NCBI GenBank assembly: GCA_963802335.1
Contig: CAWDIE010000002.1
Location: forward strand, 172,629-236,628
Direction: 5' to 3'
DNA length: 64,000 nt
Source of the DNA: an uncultured Planctomycetota bacterium
GTDB lineage: Bacteria > Planctomycetota > PLA2 > JAEUHO01
Shown here piece after piece: positions 41,162-50,319 of the stretch. The notes under the pieces were generated by a model. That model was not told the DNA's origin. It worked only from the letters and a program-made list of their open reading frames with translations, and made no database searches. A program made the translations under genes and the position numbers. Position 1 is the first letter of the stretch. Each line of letters begins with the position of its first letter.

Positions 41162-41776
41162 ATGGAGAAGCCTGCACCCGCCGATCACCCGATCCACGAG
41201 CTCATCGCTCGCCGATGGAGTCCCCGCGCGTTCTCCTCGGAGGCCGTGAAGCGCGCAGACTTGCTGAGCCTCCTCGAGGCGGCGCGCTGGGCCGCGTCCT
41301 GTTTCAACGATCAGCCGTGGTCGTTCCTCGTCGGAGAGAAGGGCGATGGCACCTGGCAGGCAATCCACGACGTGCTCGTCCCCGCCAACCAGGCGTGGGC
41401 GGGCTCGGCCCCCGTGCTCATGCTGAGCCTCGCCCACGGGAGTTTCGTGAGGACCGGCAAGCCGAACCGGCACGCGCAGTACGACGTGGGGCAAGCGGTT
41501 GGCGGCATGGCGCTTCAGGCCACGGCACGCGGCCTCTTCGTGCACCAGATGGCCGGTTTCGACGCCGATGCCGCCCGGGCCGCCTTCTCGATTCCCCCTG
41601 CGCACACGCCCATGGCCGCGATCGCCGTGGGCTACGGCGCCGAGCCCGACACCTTGCCGCCCGACCTCGCCGAGCGCGAGGCGGCCCCGCGCGATCGCGT
41701 CCCGGTGTCGAGCTTCACCTTCGCCGGCTCCTGGGGGGAACCCGCCGCGCTCGCCAGGAGTCCGGGCGAGAATTGA
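41162..41776 (+). CDS. Nitroreductase family protein
   Basis: RWSPRAFS, AARWAASCFNDQPW and HQMAGFD motifs. Confidence 0.93.
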   Translation: MEKPAPADHPIHELIARRWSPRAFSSEAVKRADLLSLLEAARWAASCFNDQPWSFLVGEKGDGTWQAIHDVLVPANQAWAGSAPVLMLSLAHGSFVRTGKPNRHAQYDVGQAVGGMALQATARGLFVHQMAGFDADAARAAFSIPPAHTPMAAIAVGYGAEPDTLPPDLAEREAAPRDRVPVSSFTFAGSWGEPAALARSPGEN

Positions 41777-41779
41777 CGG

Positions 41780-42454
41780 TGCCCGTCTCCCGCCAATCGT
41801 CACGCGTACGGACGATTGGATGTGGCGGATCGCGGCGGTGGCGGTGCGGCGCTCCTGGTCGCCCGTCGCCCGGTCGCGGGCGGCCTCCAGGGCCGGCACG
41901 GCGCTCTGCGCATCGGCGCCGATGCCACTCAGGGCGTTCATTGCATTGAGGCGGGTGGCTTCCGCGTCCGCTTCCAGGAAAGGCACGAGGGACGCGACCC
42001 CGGGCGCGGCCAGCTTTCCGTAGTGGGTCAGGACCTCGATCGCGGCCGCCTTCTCCTCCGGCGTGCCGGTCTCGAGGACACCAAGCAAGTAGGGGGCGAG
42101 CGAGGGCTTGCCCGTCGCCGTGCGGAGCGGGCCCAGCATGCGCGGGTCCCCCGGGAAGCGGACCACCGCGCCGAGCAACGGGCGCGCCAGGGGGGCGGCG
42201 TCCGCGCCGAGGCCCTCCGCCACGAGGCCGGCGCTGGTGACCACCGTGACATCCGGGTCGTCAAGCAGGGTGGCCAGGAGCTCGGTGGCCGCCGGGCCGC
42301 GTGCCCGCAAGGCCTTCACGGCGTCACCGTCCCCCCGCGCGAGGCGTCCGCGCCAATGGGCTACGTCGCTCAAGCCCGGGGCGGGTTCGCCGCCACAGGC
42401 CGTTACGACGAGGGCCACCAGGACCCAACCCACGTAGCTCGCCACCTTCGCCAT
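41780..42454 (-). CDS. HEAT-repeat lipoprotein (3' end uncertain; natural stop apparently lost)
   Basis: GAGGAGG RBS; lipobox VTAC; HEAT-like LLDDPDVTV and ALSGIGADAQSAVPAL. As read, the frame runs antisense through the nitroreductase to 41135. Confidence 0.7.
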
Positions 42455-42517
42455 GTTCGTCCTCCTCTGCCGGTCCACGGTACCGTCTCCGTCCTGCGTC
42501 ACGACCATGGAGTTCAG

Positions 42518-42721
42518 ATGCCCGCTGAATCGACCCCGACCCCCGAGTGCCTGGTCTGCAAGCGAGGGGAGGAGGAGACCCCCCTGCTGAGCCTTCGCTA
42601 CCGCGGCGGCGGCCTCTGGCTCTGCCCCCAGCACCTGCCCATCCTGATCCACGATCCCTCGCGTCTGACCGGACTCCTGCCCGGAGCCGAGAACCTCTCC
42701 CCCGCGGACCACAAGGACTGA
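42518..42721 (+). CDS. Small putative zinc-binding protein (CxxC...CxxH)
   Basis: CLVC...WLCPQHLP; GGAG RBS; 8 nt upstream of thiI. Confidence 0.7.
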   Translation: MPAESTPTPECLVCKRGEEETPLLSLRYRGGGLWLCPQHLPILIHDPSRLTGLLPGAENLSPADHKD

Positions 42722-42729
42722 GCCGCGCC

Positions 42730-43929
42730 ATGACCTCGGCTGCCGATCAACGCCTCCTCCTCGTCCACTACGCCGAGATCGGCCTCAAGCGTGGGCACCG
42801 TGTCAGCTTCGAGCGGCGGCTTCGCGATCGGCTGAATGAAGGGCTCAAGAGCGCGGGCATCGACGTCGGCGCCTCCTACGTCGGGCGGCGGTACCTGATC
42901 CGGATCCCCTCCCCGGATCTCTTCCCCCGGGCACTCGAGGTCGTTCGGCGCATTCCCGGCGTGGCGAACGTACAGCCCGCCTATGCCGTGCCAAGCGACC
43001 TGGACGCGATCCGGGACGCGGCTTCCCGAGCGCTGCTCGAGGCACCGCCGGGTTCGTTCAAGGTCGAGACCCGCCGCTCCTGGAAGAACTTCCCGCTCAA
43101 CTCCATCGAGATCAGCCGAGCCGTGGCGCCTGCCTGCCTCGAAGCGACGCAGCGCGAGGTCGACGTCCATCACCCCGACGTCACCGTGCGCGTCGAAGTG
43201 ATGAAGGAAGCCACCTACGTCAGTGCCGGGCGTCTCCAAGGAGCGGGCGGACTGCCCGTCGGCAGCACGTCGCGCCTCCTGTCCTTCCTCTCCGGGGGAA
43301 TCGACAGTGCCGTCTCCACGTGGATGATGGTCCGGCGTGGCGCCCGCGTCACCGCGGTCCACTTCCACAACCGCACGCACGAAGGCAACGCCGTGCTCGA
43401 CAAATTGGAGGACACCTGCGGCGTCCTGGCCTGGTCGTCCGGGCGGATGCCTTTGCTCGTCGTGCCTTTCGAAGCGTGTCAGCGGGCGCTCGTCGCCACC
43501 GTGCCGGCCGAGTACCGAATGATCTTGTATCGCCGCGCCATGTTCCGCATCGCGGCGGGACTGGCGGTGCAGGAGAAGGCACTCGGCTACGTGACCGGGG
43601 ACAGCCTGGGGCAGGTCGCGAGCCAGACCGCGGAGAACCTGCGCACCATCCACGCCGTCGCCGACCTGCCCGTGTACACGCCCCTCGCCGGCAGCGACAA
43701 GGTCGAGATCGTCGATCGCGCCCGTCGCATCGGTACCTTCGACATCTCGATCCGTCCGCACGCCGACTGCTGCTCGTTCCTGATCGCTCCCCACCCGGCC
43801 GTCAAGAGCACGGTGGAAGAAGCAGAGCGCTACGAGGAGGGCGTGGACTGGGCGTCCCTGGTCGCCGAGGCGGTCCAAGGCACCGAACGCATCGTCTATG
43901 CGCCCGACCCCTCGGTCTTGCCCGCCTGA
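42730..43929 (+). CDS. thiI: tRNA 4-thiouridine synthase (THUMP + PP-loop, no rhodanese domain)
   Basis: YAEIGLK, GGLPVG, SGGIDS, TGDSLGQVASQT and DCC motifs. Confidence 0.95.
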   Translation: MTSAADQRLLLVHYAEIGLKRGHRVSFERRLRDRLNEGLKSAGIDVGASYVGRRYLIRIPSPDLFPRALEVVRRIPGVANVQPAYAVPSDLDAIRDAASRALLEAPPGSFKVETRRSWKNFPLNSIEISRAVAPACLEATQREVDVHHPDVTVRVEVMKEATYVSAGRLQGAGGLPVGSTSRLLSFLSGGIDSAVSTWMMVRRGARVTAVHFHNRTHEGNAVLDKLEDTCGVLAWSSGRMPLLVVPFEACQRALVATVPAEYRMILYRRAMFRIAAGLAVQEKALGYVTGDSLGQVASQTAENLRTIHAVADLPVYTPLAGSDKVEIVDRARRIGTFDISIRPHADCCSFLIAPHPAVKSTVEEAERYEEGVDWASLVAEAVQGTERIVYAPDPSVLPA

Positions 43930-44462
43930 CCCGTCTTGCTGTCAGGCGTCTCTCCCGGATCAGCGTCCTTCGGGCACGGCACGGCTGGCGGTTCGCACGG
44001 AACCTGCTCCCAGCGCCAGCCCTGGATCGTGGACCGGGTCTCGGTTCCGGTTTGCTCGTTCTCGTAGTAACAGAATCCCGAGTCCCGCGCTTCGGGTTCG
44101 TACCCCTTGAAAACCCGGACCTTCCGGGTGCCGGCTGGCACGCGGGTCCAGGTGTGACCGTAGGTCGCCTTGCGCACCGTGCCCGTGAGCGGGTCACAGA
44201 CCTCCTGTTGGAGGGGGACGCGGCGGTTCAGCCAGATCTCCTCCTCCACCTCCTCGTACTGGGGCACGAAGCGGATCATCTGGGTCGCCTTGGCCTTGCG
44301 CTCGCAGACGGGGCGCTCGACCTCCTCCACGATCGGCACCCGCTCCCAGCGCCATCGCCCCCCCGGTCCCGGGCCGTCGGCGCGCGGAGGGCGCTCCCCC
44401 GAGCAGGACGCCAGCAGGGCGGCGAGGAGGACCATGAGGACGGCGCGCGGCAGGTCGTGCAC
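43896..44462 (-). CDS. Hypothetical beta-strand-rich lipoprotein
   Basis: Lipobox LASC; V/E/T/R/Y-rich strands, five further Cys; GGAG RBS before GTG. Confidence 0.6.
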   Translation of the reverse strand: MHDLPRAVLMVLLAALLASCSGERPPRADGPGPGGRWRWERVPIVEEVERPVCERKAKATQMIRFVPQYEEVEEEIWLNRRVPLQQEVCDPLTGTVRKATYGHTWTRVPAGTRKVRVFKGYEPEARDSGFCYYENEQTGTETRSTIQGWRWEQVPCEPPAVPCPKDADPGETPDSKTGQAGKTEGSGA

Positions 44463-44544
44463 GGGATCTCCCGGGGGCCCGGTCGGGCCCTCGGCGGCCC
44501 AGCCTACCGGGAGGCGTGATTCCCGCACGCCTTCCGGGAAAGGA

Positions 44545-44582
44545 TGGACAGGGCTCTTGTCTAGGTTATTATCTGTACACAA
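44545..44582 (+). promoter_or_regulatory. Sigma70-like promoter overlapped by TnnACA-type boxes (possible CarH/LitR operator)
   Basis: AT-rich island: TGGACA-16 nt-TATTAT, and imperfect palindrome TTGTCTA...TACACAA immediately before the AGGAGG RBS. Confidence 0.5.
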
Positions 44583-44594
44583 CAGGAGGTCGCG

Positions 44595-45341
44595 ATGTCC
44601 AGCTCGATCGGTGTCCAACTCGTCCTCGGTGCGACCGGTGGGGTCGGTCGCGCCGTGACCCGCCTGCTCCACGAGGCGGGTGCCACCCTCGTCCTCGCCG
44701 GCCGCAGCGGCAAGGACCTGGAGCGTCTGGCCGAGGAGATGGGCGCCGACGCCCATGTCCTGGATGCCCGCCGCACGGACGACGTCGCCGACGCCTGTTC
44801 CCAGGCCGTCGAGCGGCACGGTCGCCTCGATGGCCTCGTGAACTGCGTGGGGTCCCTCCTCCTCAAGCCTGCCCACCGGACTTCGGACGACGAGTGGGAC
44901 GACACGATTGCTACGAATCTCCGCTCCGCCTTCGCAACGGTTCGGGCCGCGGCCACGACCATGCGCAAGACGGGCGGGAGCGTCGTCCTCGTCTCGTCGG
45001 CCGCTGCCCGGTTGGGTATGGCCAACCACGAAGCCATCGCGGCCGCGAAGGCCGGCATTCTCGGCCTGACGCTCTCCGCCGCCGCCACCTACGCGTCGTA
45101 CGGCATCCGCTACAACGCCGTCGCCCCCGGTCTCGTGCGAACCCCGCTCACGGAGGGGATCACCCGCGTCGAGGCGCAGGTCAAGGCCTCCGAGGCCATG
45201 CACCCGCTGGGGCGCCTGGGGACGCCGGATGACGTGGCGCGGGCGATCGTGTGGCTACTCGACCCGGCCCAGTCCTGGCTGACGGGGCAGGTGATCGGTG
45301 TCGACGGCGGCTTGGCTACCGTCCGCAGCCGCCGGGCCTGA
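44595..45341 (+). CDS. Short-chain dehydrogenase/reductase (atypical)
   Basis: GATGGVG, VNCVG, NAVAPG and TGQVIGVDGG motifs; IAAAK in place of YxxxK. Confidence 0.92.
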   Translation: MSSSIGVQLVLGATGGVGRAVTRLLHEAGATLVLAGRSGKDLERLAEEMGADAHVLDARRTDDVADACSQAVERHGRLDGLVNCVGSLLLKPAHRTSDDEWDDTIATNLRSAFATVRAAATTMRKTGGSVVLVSSAAARLGMANHEAIAAAKAGILGLTLSAAATYASYGIRYNAVAPGLVRTPLTEGITRVEAQVKASEAMHPLGRLGTPDDVARAIVWLLDPAQSWLTGQVIGVDGGLATVRSRRA

Positions 45342-45353
45342 GGGAGGGTCGTC

Positions 45354-45785
45354 GTGTCATCCCTCCTCGTCCTCCACTTCGCCGTGACGTGGGCCATGGT
45401 GGGCCTCATCTGGCTCGTCCAGGTCGTCAACTATCCCCTGTTCGCCGAGGTCCCCGCCGATCGATTCCGTCGGTACGAGAAGCGTCACGTCCAGCGAATC
45501 GGCTACGTCGTCGGGCCGCTCATGATCGCGGAGGCGCTCACCGCCGTGCTCCTCCTCGCCCTGGCACCTCCGGGGGCCATGCAGTCGGTGGCCTTGATCG
45601 GCGCTCTCCTCCTCCTTGCGATCTGGCTTTCCACGGCGTTCCTGCAGGTGCCCCTCCACGGCAAGCTGGAGGCGGCCTACGACGAGGCCGTCCATCGCCG
45701 CCTGGTGCTCACCAACTGGGTGAGGACCGGGGCCTGGACCGCGCGCGGCCTTCTGCTTCTCCTGGCCCTGCTCGCCTCGGCGTGA
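45354..45785 (+). CDS. Conserved four-TM hypothetical protein
   Basis: GLIWLVQVVNYP, QVPLH and NWVRT; four hydrophobic segments. Confidence 0.75.
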   Translation: MSSLLVLHFAVTWAMVGLIWLVQVVNYPLFAEVPADRFRRYEKRHVQRIGYVVGPLMIAEALTAVLLLALAPPGAMQSVALIGALLLLAIWLSTAFLQVPLHGKLEAAYDEAVHRRLVLTNWVRTGAWTARGLLLLLALLASA

Positions 45786-45853
45786 GGCGTGCATGCCCCC
45801 AGGGCCACCTGACCGGCTGACGCTTCGCGTACCCTGGCGCCAGGAGCCCGGCG

Positions 45854-46741
45854 TTGAAGCAATCGACATCGACGAATCGACCCCACGGGGGCAGGGGCGC
45901 GTCCTGGCTGAGGAGCCTGAGTCTCCTCCTCCTGGTCGGCGCGCTCCTGTCTCCCCCGGCGTTGGCGGACATGCCCGTACCCGGCATGCACGGCTACACA
46001 CGACACGCCACCGTCGATCTGGGGCCCTACGCCGACGCCACCGCCCGCTGGTATCGCGTTCAGAAGGGGGACACCCTCAGCGAGCTCGCGGAGCGCTACC
46101 TGGGCCAGACGGATCGGTGGCCGGAGATCACCGCGCTCAACCCCGGCCTCACGGCCGGAACGCTCCAGGCCGAGACCGAGATCCTCCTCCCTCCGCGCGA
46201 TCTGCCCACCTCGTCCGACGCCAGCGCGGCGGCGCCGGGCGAGCCGAAGTCGTGGTGGGACTTCTTCACGCACACGATGCCGGGGGGGCGCCTCCAGCGA
46301 CTCGACGTCGACGGTAAGATCCCCCCGTCTCCCTACGGGGGCACCCAGCTGGTCGCGGTGCGTCACGACAAGACCGCCGAGCTTCTCGAGGAGCTGGAGC
46401 ACCAGGGAGGCGCACACGACTTGCTCGGGCGCCTCGAGCGGGAAGGCAAGGCGTTTTTCGCCGTGTCCGAGCGAGGCCTCGCCGCCCACGCCAACATCGA
46501 GGACGCGTCCCCGATCGAGCGACAAGAGGCCGCCTACCGCGTGGTGGACATCCGGGACGGGCGGATCGAGCTGGAGCTGCTCTTCGAGCGCTCCTACGAC
46601 GGCGAGGGGCGGGAGGTGGCGCGCGACGCGCGGCGCGTCACGCTCCGCGACGGCCTGCTCCTCGGCCTCGGCCTGCTCGCCGTGGTCTTCATCGTCTGGC
46701 GGGTTCGCGTCCGGCGAGCGCGTGGAGCCGAGGCGGCCTGA
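45854..46741 (+). CDS. Secreted LysM-domain protein with C-terminal membrane anchor
   Basis: Signal peptide ending ALA-D; YRVQKGDTLSELAERYLG...WPEITALNP; C-terminal TM plus Arg-rich tail. Confidence 0.82.
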   Translation: MKQSTSTNRPHGGRGASWLRSLSLLLLVGALLSPPALADMPVPGMHGYTRHATVDLGPYADATARWYRVQKGDTLSELAERYLGQTDRWPEITALNPGLTAGTLQAETEILLPPRDLPTSSDASAAAPGEPKSWWDFFTHTMPGGRLQRLDVDGKIPPSPYGGTQLVAVRHDKTAELLEELEHQGGAHDLLGRLEREGKAFFAVSERGLAAHANIEDASPIERQEAAYRVVDIRDGRIELELLFERSYDGEGREVARDARRVTLRDGLLLGLGLLAVVFIVWRVRVRRARGAEAA

Positions 46742-46871
46742 GCGTTCGCCCGCGACGGGCGAGTCCGCCGACGGGCCTGTGGGGGCACCTCCTCGGGCGG
46801 GCTTTGATGGAAGGGCTACCCATCCCGTCGCGCGTCCCGTAGCCTTCGCTACCCGGTCGGAGGTGGTCGTC

Positions 46872-48854
46872 ATGCAGCCCAATCCCCTGCTCACGCTCTT
46901 CAAGGGCCTCGCCTTCCTCGTCCTGGCGTTCCTCGTGGGGCTCTCGACGTGCCAGGGGGGGAATCTCGAGGACAAGGTGACGGCCTTGAGCGGCAGGGTC
47001 AGCGAGCTCTCTGGGCAGGTCGAGGAGCTGGCTCGGGTCGCGCGGAGTCGGGAACGCTTGCCGGCTGCCGCCCAAGGCGGCACCCCGGCCCATGCGCAAC
47101 GCATGCCCGTCGTTCCCGAGCGCCTGGATCCCGAGCGCCCGCTGGGGGTCCTGGGGCGCTATCCGGACTTCCTCCAGATCGACACCTACCAGGAAATCCC
47201 CGCCGAGGCCGCCGGACACGACGACGGATCGATCGGGCTCTGGTACGGCCCGGAGCCCAAGGGGTTCAACTTCGTCACCGAGAACGAGGGGAGCCTCTCC
47301 TCCGAGGTCGAGGAGTACGTCGGGGGGTCGCCTGCCGAGCGCCACGTCGAGAACCCCTCCATCTGGGGCCCCTCCCTCTGCTGGCGCGTCGAGGTCAGCC
47401 CCGACTTCAAGGAGTACACCCTCTTCTTCCGCAAGGACGCCACCTGGCACCGGCCGCCGGTCGCCCTGGAGGCCTATCCGCACCTCCAGGGGCGGCGCTT
47501 GGTGAGCGCCAAGGACTATAAATTCACGCTCGACATCATCCGCAATCCGCAGACCGACTGCGCTCCCCTCCGCGGCTACTTCCGCGACGTGGAGAGCGTC
47601 GACCTCATCGACGACCACACGTGCGTCGTGCGCTGGAGTAAGACGCTCTTCCACTCCATCACGTACACGCTGGGTATCAGCATCATGCCCGAGTTCGTGT
47701 ATGCGTACGGCGAGGACGGCCGTCGTTTCCCGGAGTCCACGATCGGTCAGTCGTTCAACGACCACTTTCTGAACCGGGAGGGCGTCGTCGGCTGCGGACC
47801 GTACCGCTTCGCGTCGTTCGAACCCGGACAGCGCATCCTTTTGGAGCGGTTCGAAGACTGGTTCGGCATTCGCGAAGGCAAGCGCTATCCCATCCGCGAG
47901 CGTCGGTTGCTCATCTACCCGGACCCCGTGACGAACCTGCTGAAGATCCGCGGGGGCGAGGTCGAGTGGGGAGGGCTCAGCCCCTCGCAGTACAAGGAAG
48001 CCATCCTCGACAACACCAATCCGAAGAGCCCGTTCAAGAACGGGGAGATCGTCAACTGGCGCGGGCCGGAGTCGGCGTATCTCTACATCGCGTGGAAGAA
48101 CACCCATCCCCTCTTCCGCGACAAGAACGTTCGGACGGCTCTCACGTACGCCTGCAACCGGTTCGAGATCTGCGAGAAGATCTTCCTCGGGCGGTACGAG
48201 CCCATGTCCAGCCCGGTCTATCCGCGGAGCCTGGAGGCGGATCCGGACCTGAAACCACTTCCGTTTGACCTGGACAAGGCGGCCGAGCTCCTCGACGCAG
48301 CCGGTTGGAAGCGCGGCAGCGACGGTCGCCGCCGCAAGGTCGTGGACGGCGAAGAGGTGGTATTCGAGTTCACCCTGGCTTATCCCAGTGGCGGCTCGGA
48401 CTTCCCCGCGGCCCTCAACCAGTTCAAGAACGACCTCCTCAGTATCGGCATCAAGATGACGCCCGAGGCCTACGAGTGGACGGTCTTCCAGAAGAAGCTC
48501 CACGACCGGGAGTTCAGCGCCTACACACTGCTCTGGCTCACCAGCGGCTGGGAGCACGACTTCGACCAGATCTGGCACAGTCGGGGGATCGAGGATCCGG
48601 GCTCGTCCAACTCGGTCGAGTTCAGCAACGAGACCGTCGATCGCTTGTCCGACGAGCTCCGCGTCACGATGGATCGCGAGAAGCGCATCGAGCTGGTCCG
48701 CGAGATCGGGCGGACGCTGTACGAGGAGCAGCCCTACACCTTCTTCGGCTGGCGCACGAATTTCAATGTGGCCCGCTCCTATGTGAAGAACGCGCAGTAC
48801 CTCTATCGCATCACGCCCTTCGACCGCACCTACCCGATGTGGATCGAGAAGTAG
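46872..48854 (+). CDS. Opp/Dpp-type ABC transporter substrate-binding protein (family 5)
   Basis: N-terminal TM, VSAKDYKFT, GCGPYRF, VRTALTYA, KAAELLDAAGW and EEQPYTF motifs. Confidence 0.9.
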   Translation: MQPNPLLTLFKGLAFLVLAFLVGLSTCQGGNLEDKVTALSGRVSELSGQVEELARVARSRERLPAAAQGGTPAHAQRMPVVPERLDPERPLGVLGRYPDFLQIDTYQEIPAEAAGHDDGSIGLWYGPEPKGFNFVTENEGSLSSEVEEYVGGSPAERHVENPSIWGPSLCWRVEVSPDFKEYTLFFRKDATWHRPPVALEAYPHLQGRRLVSAKDYKFTLDIIRNPQTDCAPLRGYFRDVESVDLIDDHTCVVRWSKTLFHSITYTLGISIMPEFVYAYGEDGRRFPESTIGQSFNDHFLNREGVVGCGPYRFASFEPGQRILLERFEDWFGIREGKRYPIRERRLLIYPDPVTNLLKIRGGEVEWGGLSPSQYKEAILDNTNPKSPFKNGEIVNWRGPESAYLYIAWKNTHPLFRDKNVRTALTYACNRFEICEKIFLGRYEPMSSPVYPRSLEADPDLKPLPFDLDKAAELLDAAGWKRGSDGRRRKVVDGEEVVFEFTLAYPSGGSDFPAALNQFKNDLLSIGIKMTPEAYEWTVFQKKLHDREFSAYTLLWLTSGWEHDFDQIWHSRGIEDPGSSNSVEFSNETVDRLSDELRVTMDREKRIELVREIGRTLYEEQPYTFFGWRTNFNVARSYVKNAQYLYRITPFDRTYPMWIEK

Positions 48855-48870
48855 CGGGAAGCAGAGCCCG

Positions 48871-50319
48871 ATGCGCACCTACATCCTCAAGCGCCTCCTG
48901 CTCATGATCCCGACGCTGTTCGGGATCACGCTCATCGTGTGGTTACTCATGGTGGCGGCGCCAGGGCGGCCGGGCGAGAAGGCCCAGGCCTTCGGCGCCG
49001 ACGCCAGCCTGGGTAGCGATCCGACGAAGGAACGGGAAAAGGGAGAGTCCCAGCGGCTCTTCCGCCGCCAGTTCGCGCTCGATCGCCCCGTCTTCTGGAA
49101 CAGTTGGACCACCTTGTCCGTGGAGGAGGTCGGCGACACCGTGCGGGCGTGGGCGAGTTCGGACTCCTCGATCAAGGAGAGGCGCGAGGCCAAGGAACAG
49201 CTCGAGGATTGGGGCAACTACGCAGTACCCGCCCTGATCGAGCTCCTGACGACCACGGAAGGCGAGGCCCAGGACGACGTTCTGTACTGGCTCCGCATGA
49301 GCTCGTACCAGGCTCCGGTCAAAGCCTACGGCCGCGACCTCGACGCCGAGCAGGTCGCGCGAAACGATCGGTTCCGGGCCGAGAACGTGGAACTCGCCAC
49401 ATGGACTTGGAAGGAGGGGGCCCCGGCGTCGGTGCGAGAGCCGATCGTCCAGAAGTGGACGGCTTGGTTCGAAGAGAACAAGGGACGTTGGGACAGGACC
49501 TTCTTCGAGCGGATGAAGGTCGGCGTCATGGACACGCAGTTCGCCACCTATTGGGGCAACGTGTTCCAGTTCAACCTGGGCGTCAGTCACGTGCACAAGC
49601 GGCCGGTCGTCGAGCTGATCCTCGAGCGCCTTCCGGTCACCCTGACGATCTCCTCTCTGGCCATCCTGATCGCCTACGTGCTCGCCATCCCGCTGGGCAT
49701 CTTCAGCGCCGTGCGTCCCTACACGGTGGGGGACCGCATCACTACGGTCTTCCTCTTTCTGCTCTACAGCCTCCCGTCCTTCTTCGTCGGTACCGTGCTC
49801 CTGCGGTTCTTCACCGTCGGCGATCCGTTCGACTGGTTCCCGAACTCAGGATTTCACAGCGAGGGCTACGCGGACCTCAACACTTGGGATCAACTCAAGG
49901 ACACCCTCTGGCACATCACGCTGCCCTTGGCTGTCATGAGCTACGGCGGCCTCGCCGCCCTGTCCCGCTACGCGCGTACCGGGATGCTGGACGTGATCCG
50001 GTCCGACTACATCCGAACCGCGCGCGCCAAGGGACTCGGTGAGGCGGCGGTGATCTTCCGTCACGCCGCCCGCAACGGAATGATGCCGGTTGTGACGCTG
50101 CTCGGGACGATCCTGCCCACCCTCATCGCCGGCTCCGTCATCGTCGAGTACATCTTCAATCTCAAGGGCATGGGGCTTCTGGTCATCGAGGCGATCTCCA
50201 ATCGCGACTACAATATCGTGGCCGGCGAGATCCTCATCGTCGCCGCGCTCACGCTCGTCGGCCTGCTCCTCTCTGACATCCTCTATGCGGTGTTGGATCC
50301 CAGGATCTCGTACTCGTGA
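48871..50319 (+). CDS. Opp/Dpp-type ABC permease (OppB-like) with a large inserted loop
   Basis: YILKRLLLMIPTL, DYIRTARAKGL, HAARN and DPRI motifs. Confidence 0.92.
   Translation: MRTYILKRLLLMIPTLFGITLIVWLLMVAAPGRPGEKAQAFGADASLGSDPTKEREKGESQRLFRRQFALDRPVFWNSWTTLSVEEVGDTVRAWASSDSSIKERREAKEQLEDWGNYAVPALIELLTTTEGEAQDDVLYWLRMSSYQAPVKAYGRDLDAEQVARNDRFRAENVELATWTWKEGAPASVREPIVQKWTAWFEENKGRWDRTFFERMKVGVMDTQFATYWGNVFQFNLGVSHVHKRPVVELILERLPVTLTISSLAILIAYVLAIPLGIFSAVRPYTVGDRITTVFLFLLYSLPSFFVGTVLLRFFTVGDPFDWFPNSGFHSEGYADLNTWDQLKDTLWHITLPLAVMSYGGLAALSRYARTGMLDVIRSDYIRTARAKGLGEAAVIFRHAARNGMMPVVTLLGTILPTLIAGSVIVEYIFNLKGMGLLVIEAISNRDYNIVAGEILIVAALTLVGLLLSDILYAVLDPRISYS

Noticed and set aside
41135-41776. 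Genuine full antisense overlap between the HEAT lipoprotein ORF and the nitroreductase
   Set aside because: The extension reads as a shadow frame; a lost stop or indel near 41800 is more likely given other errors.
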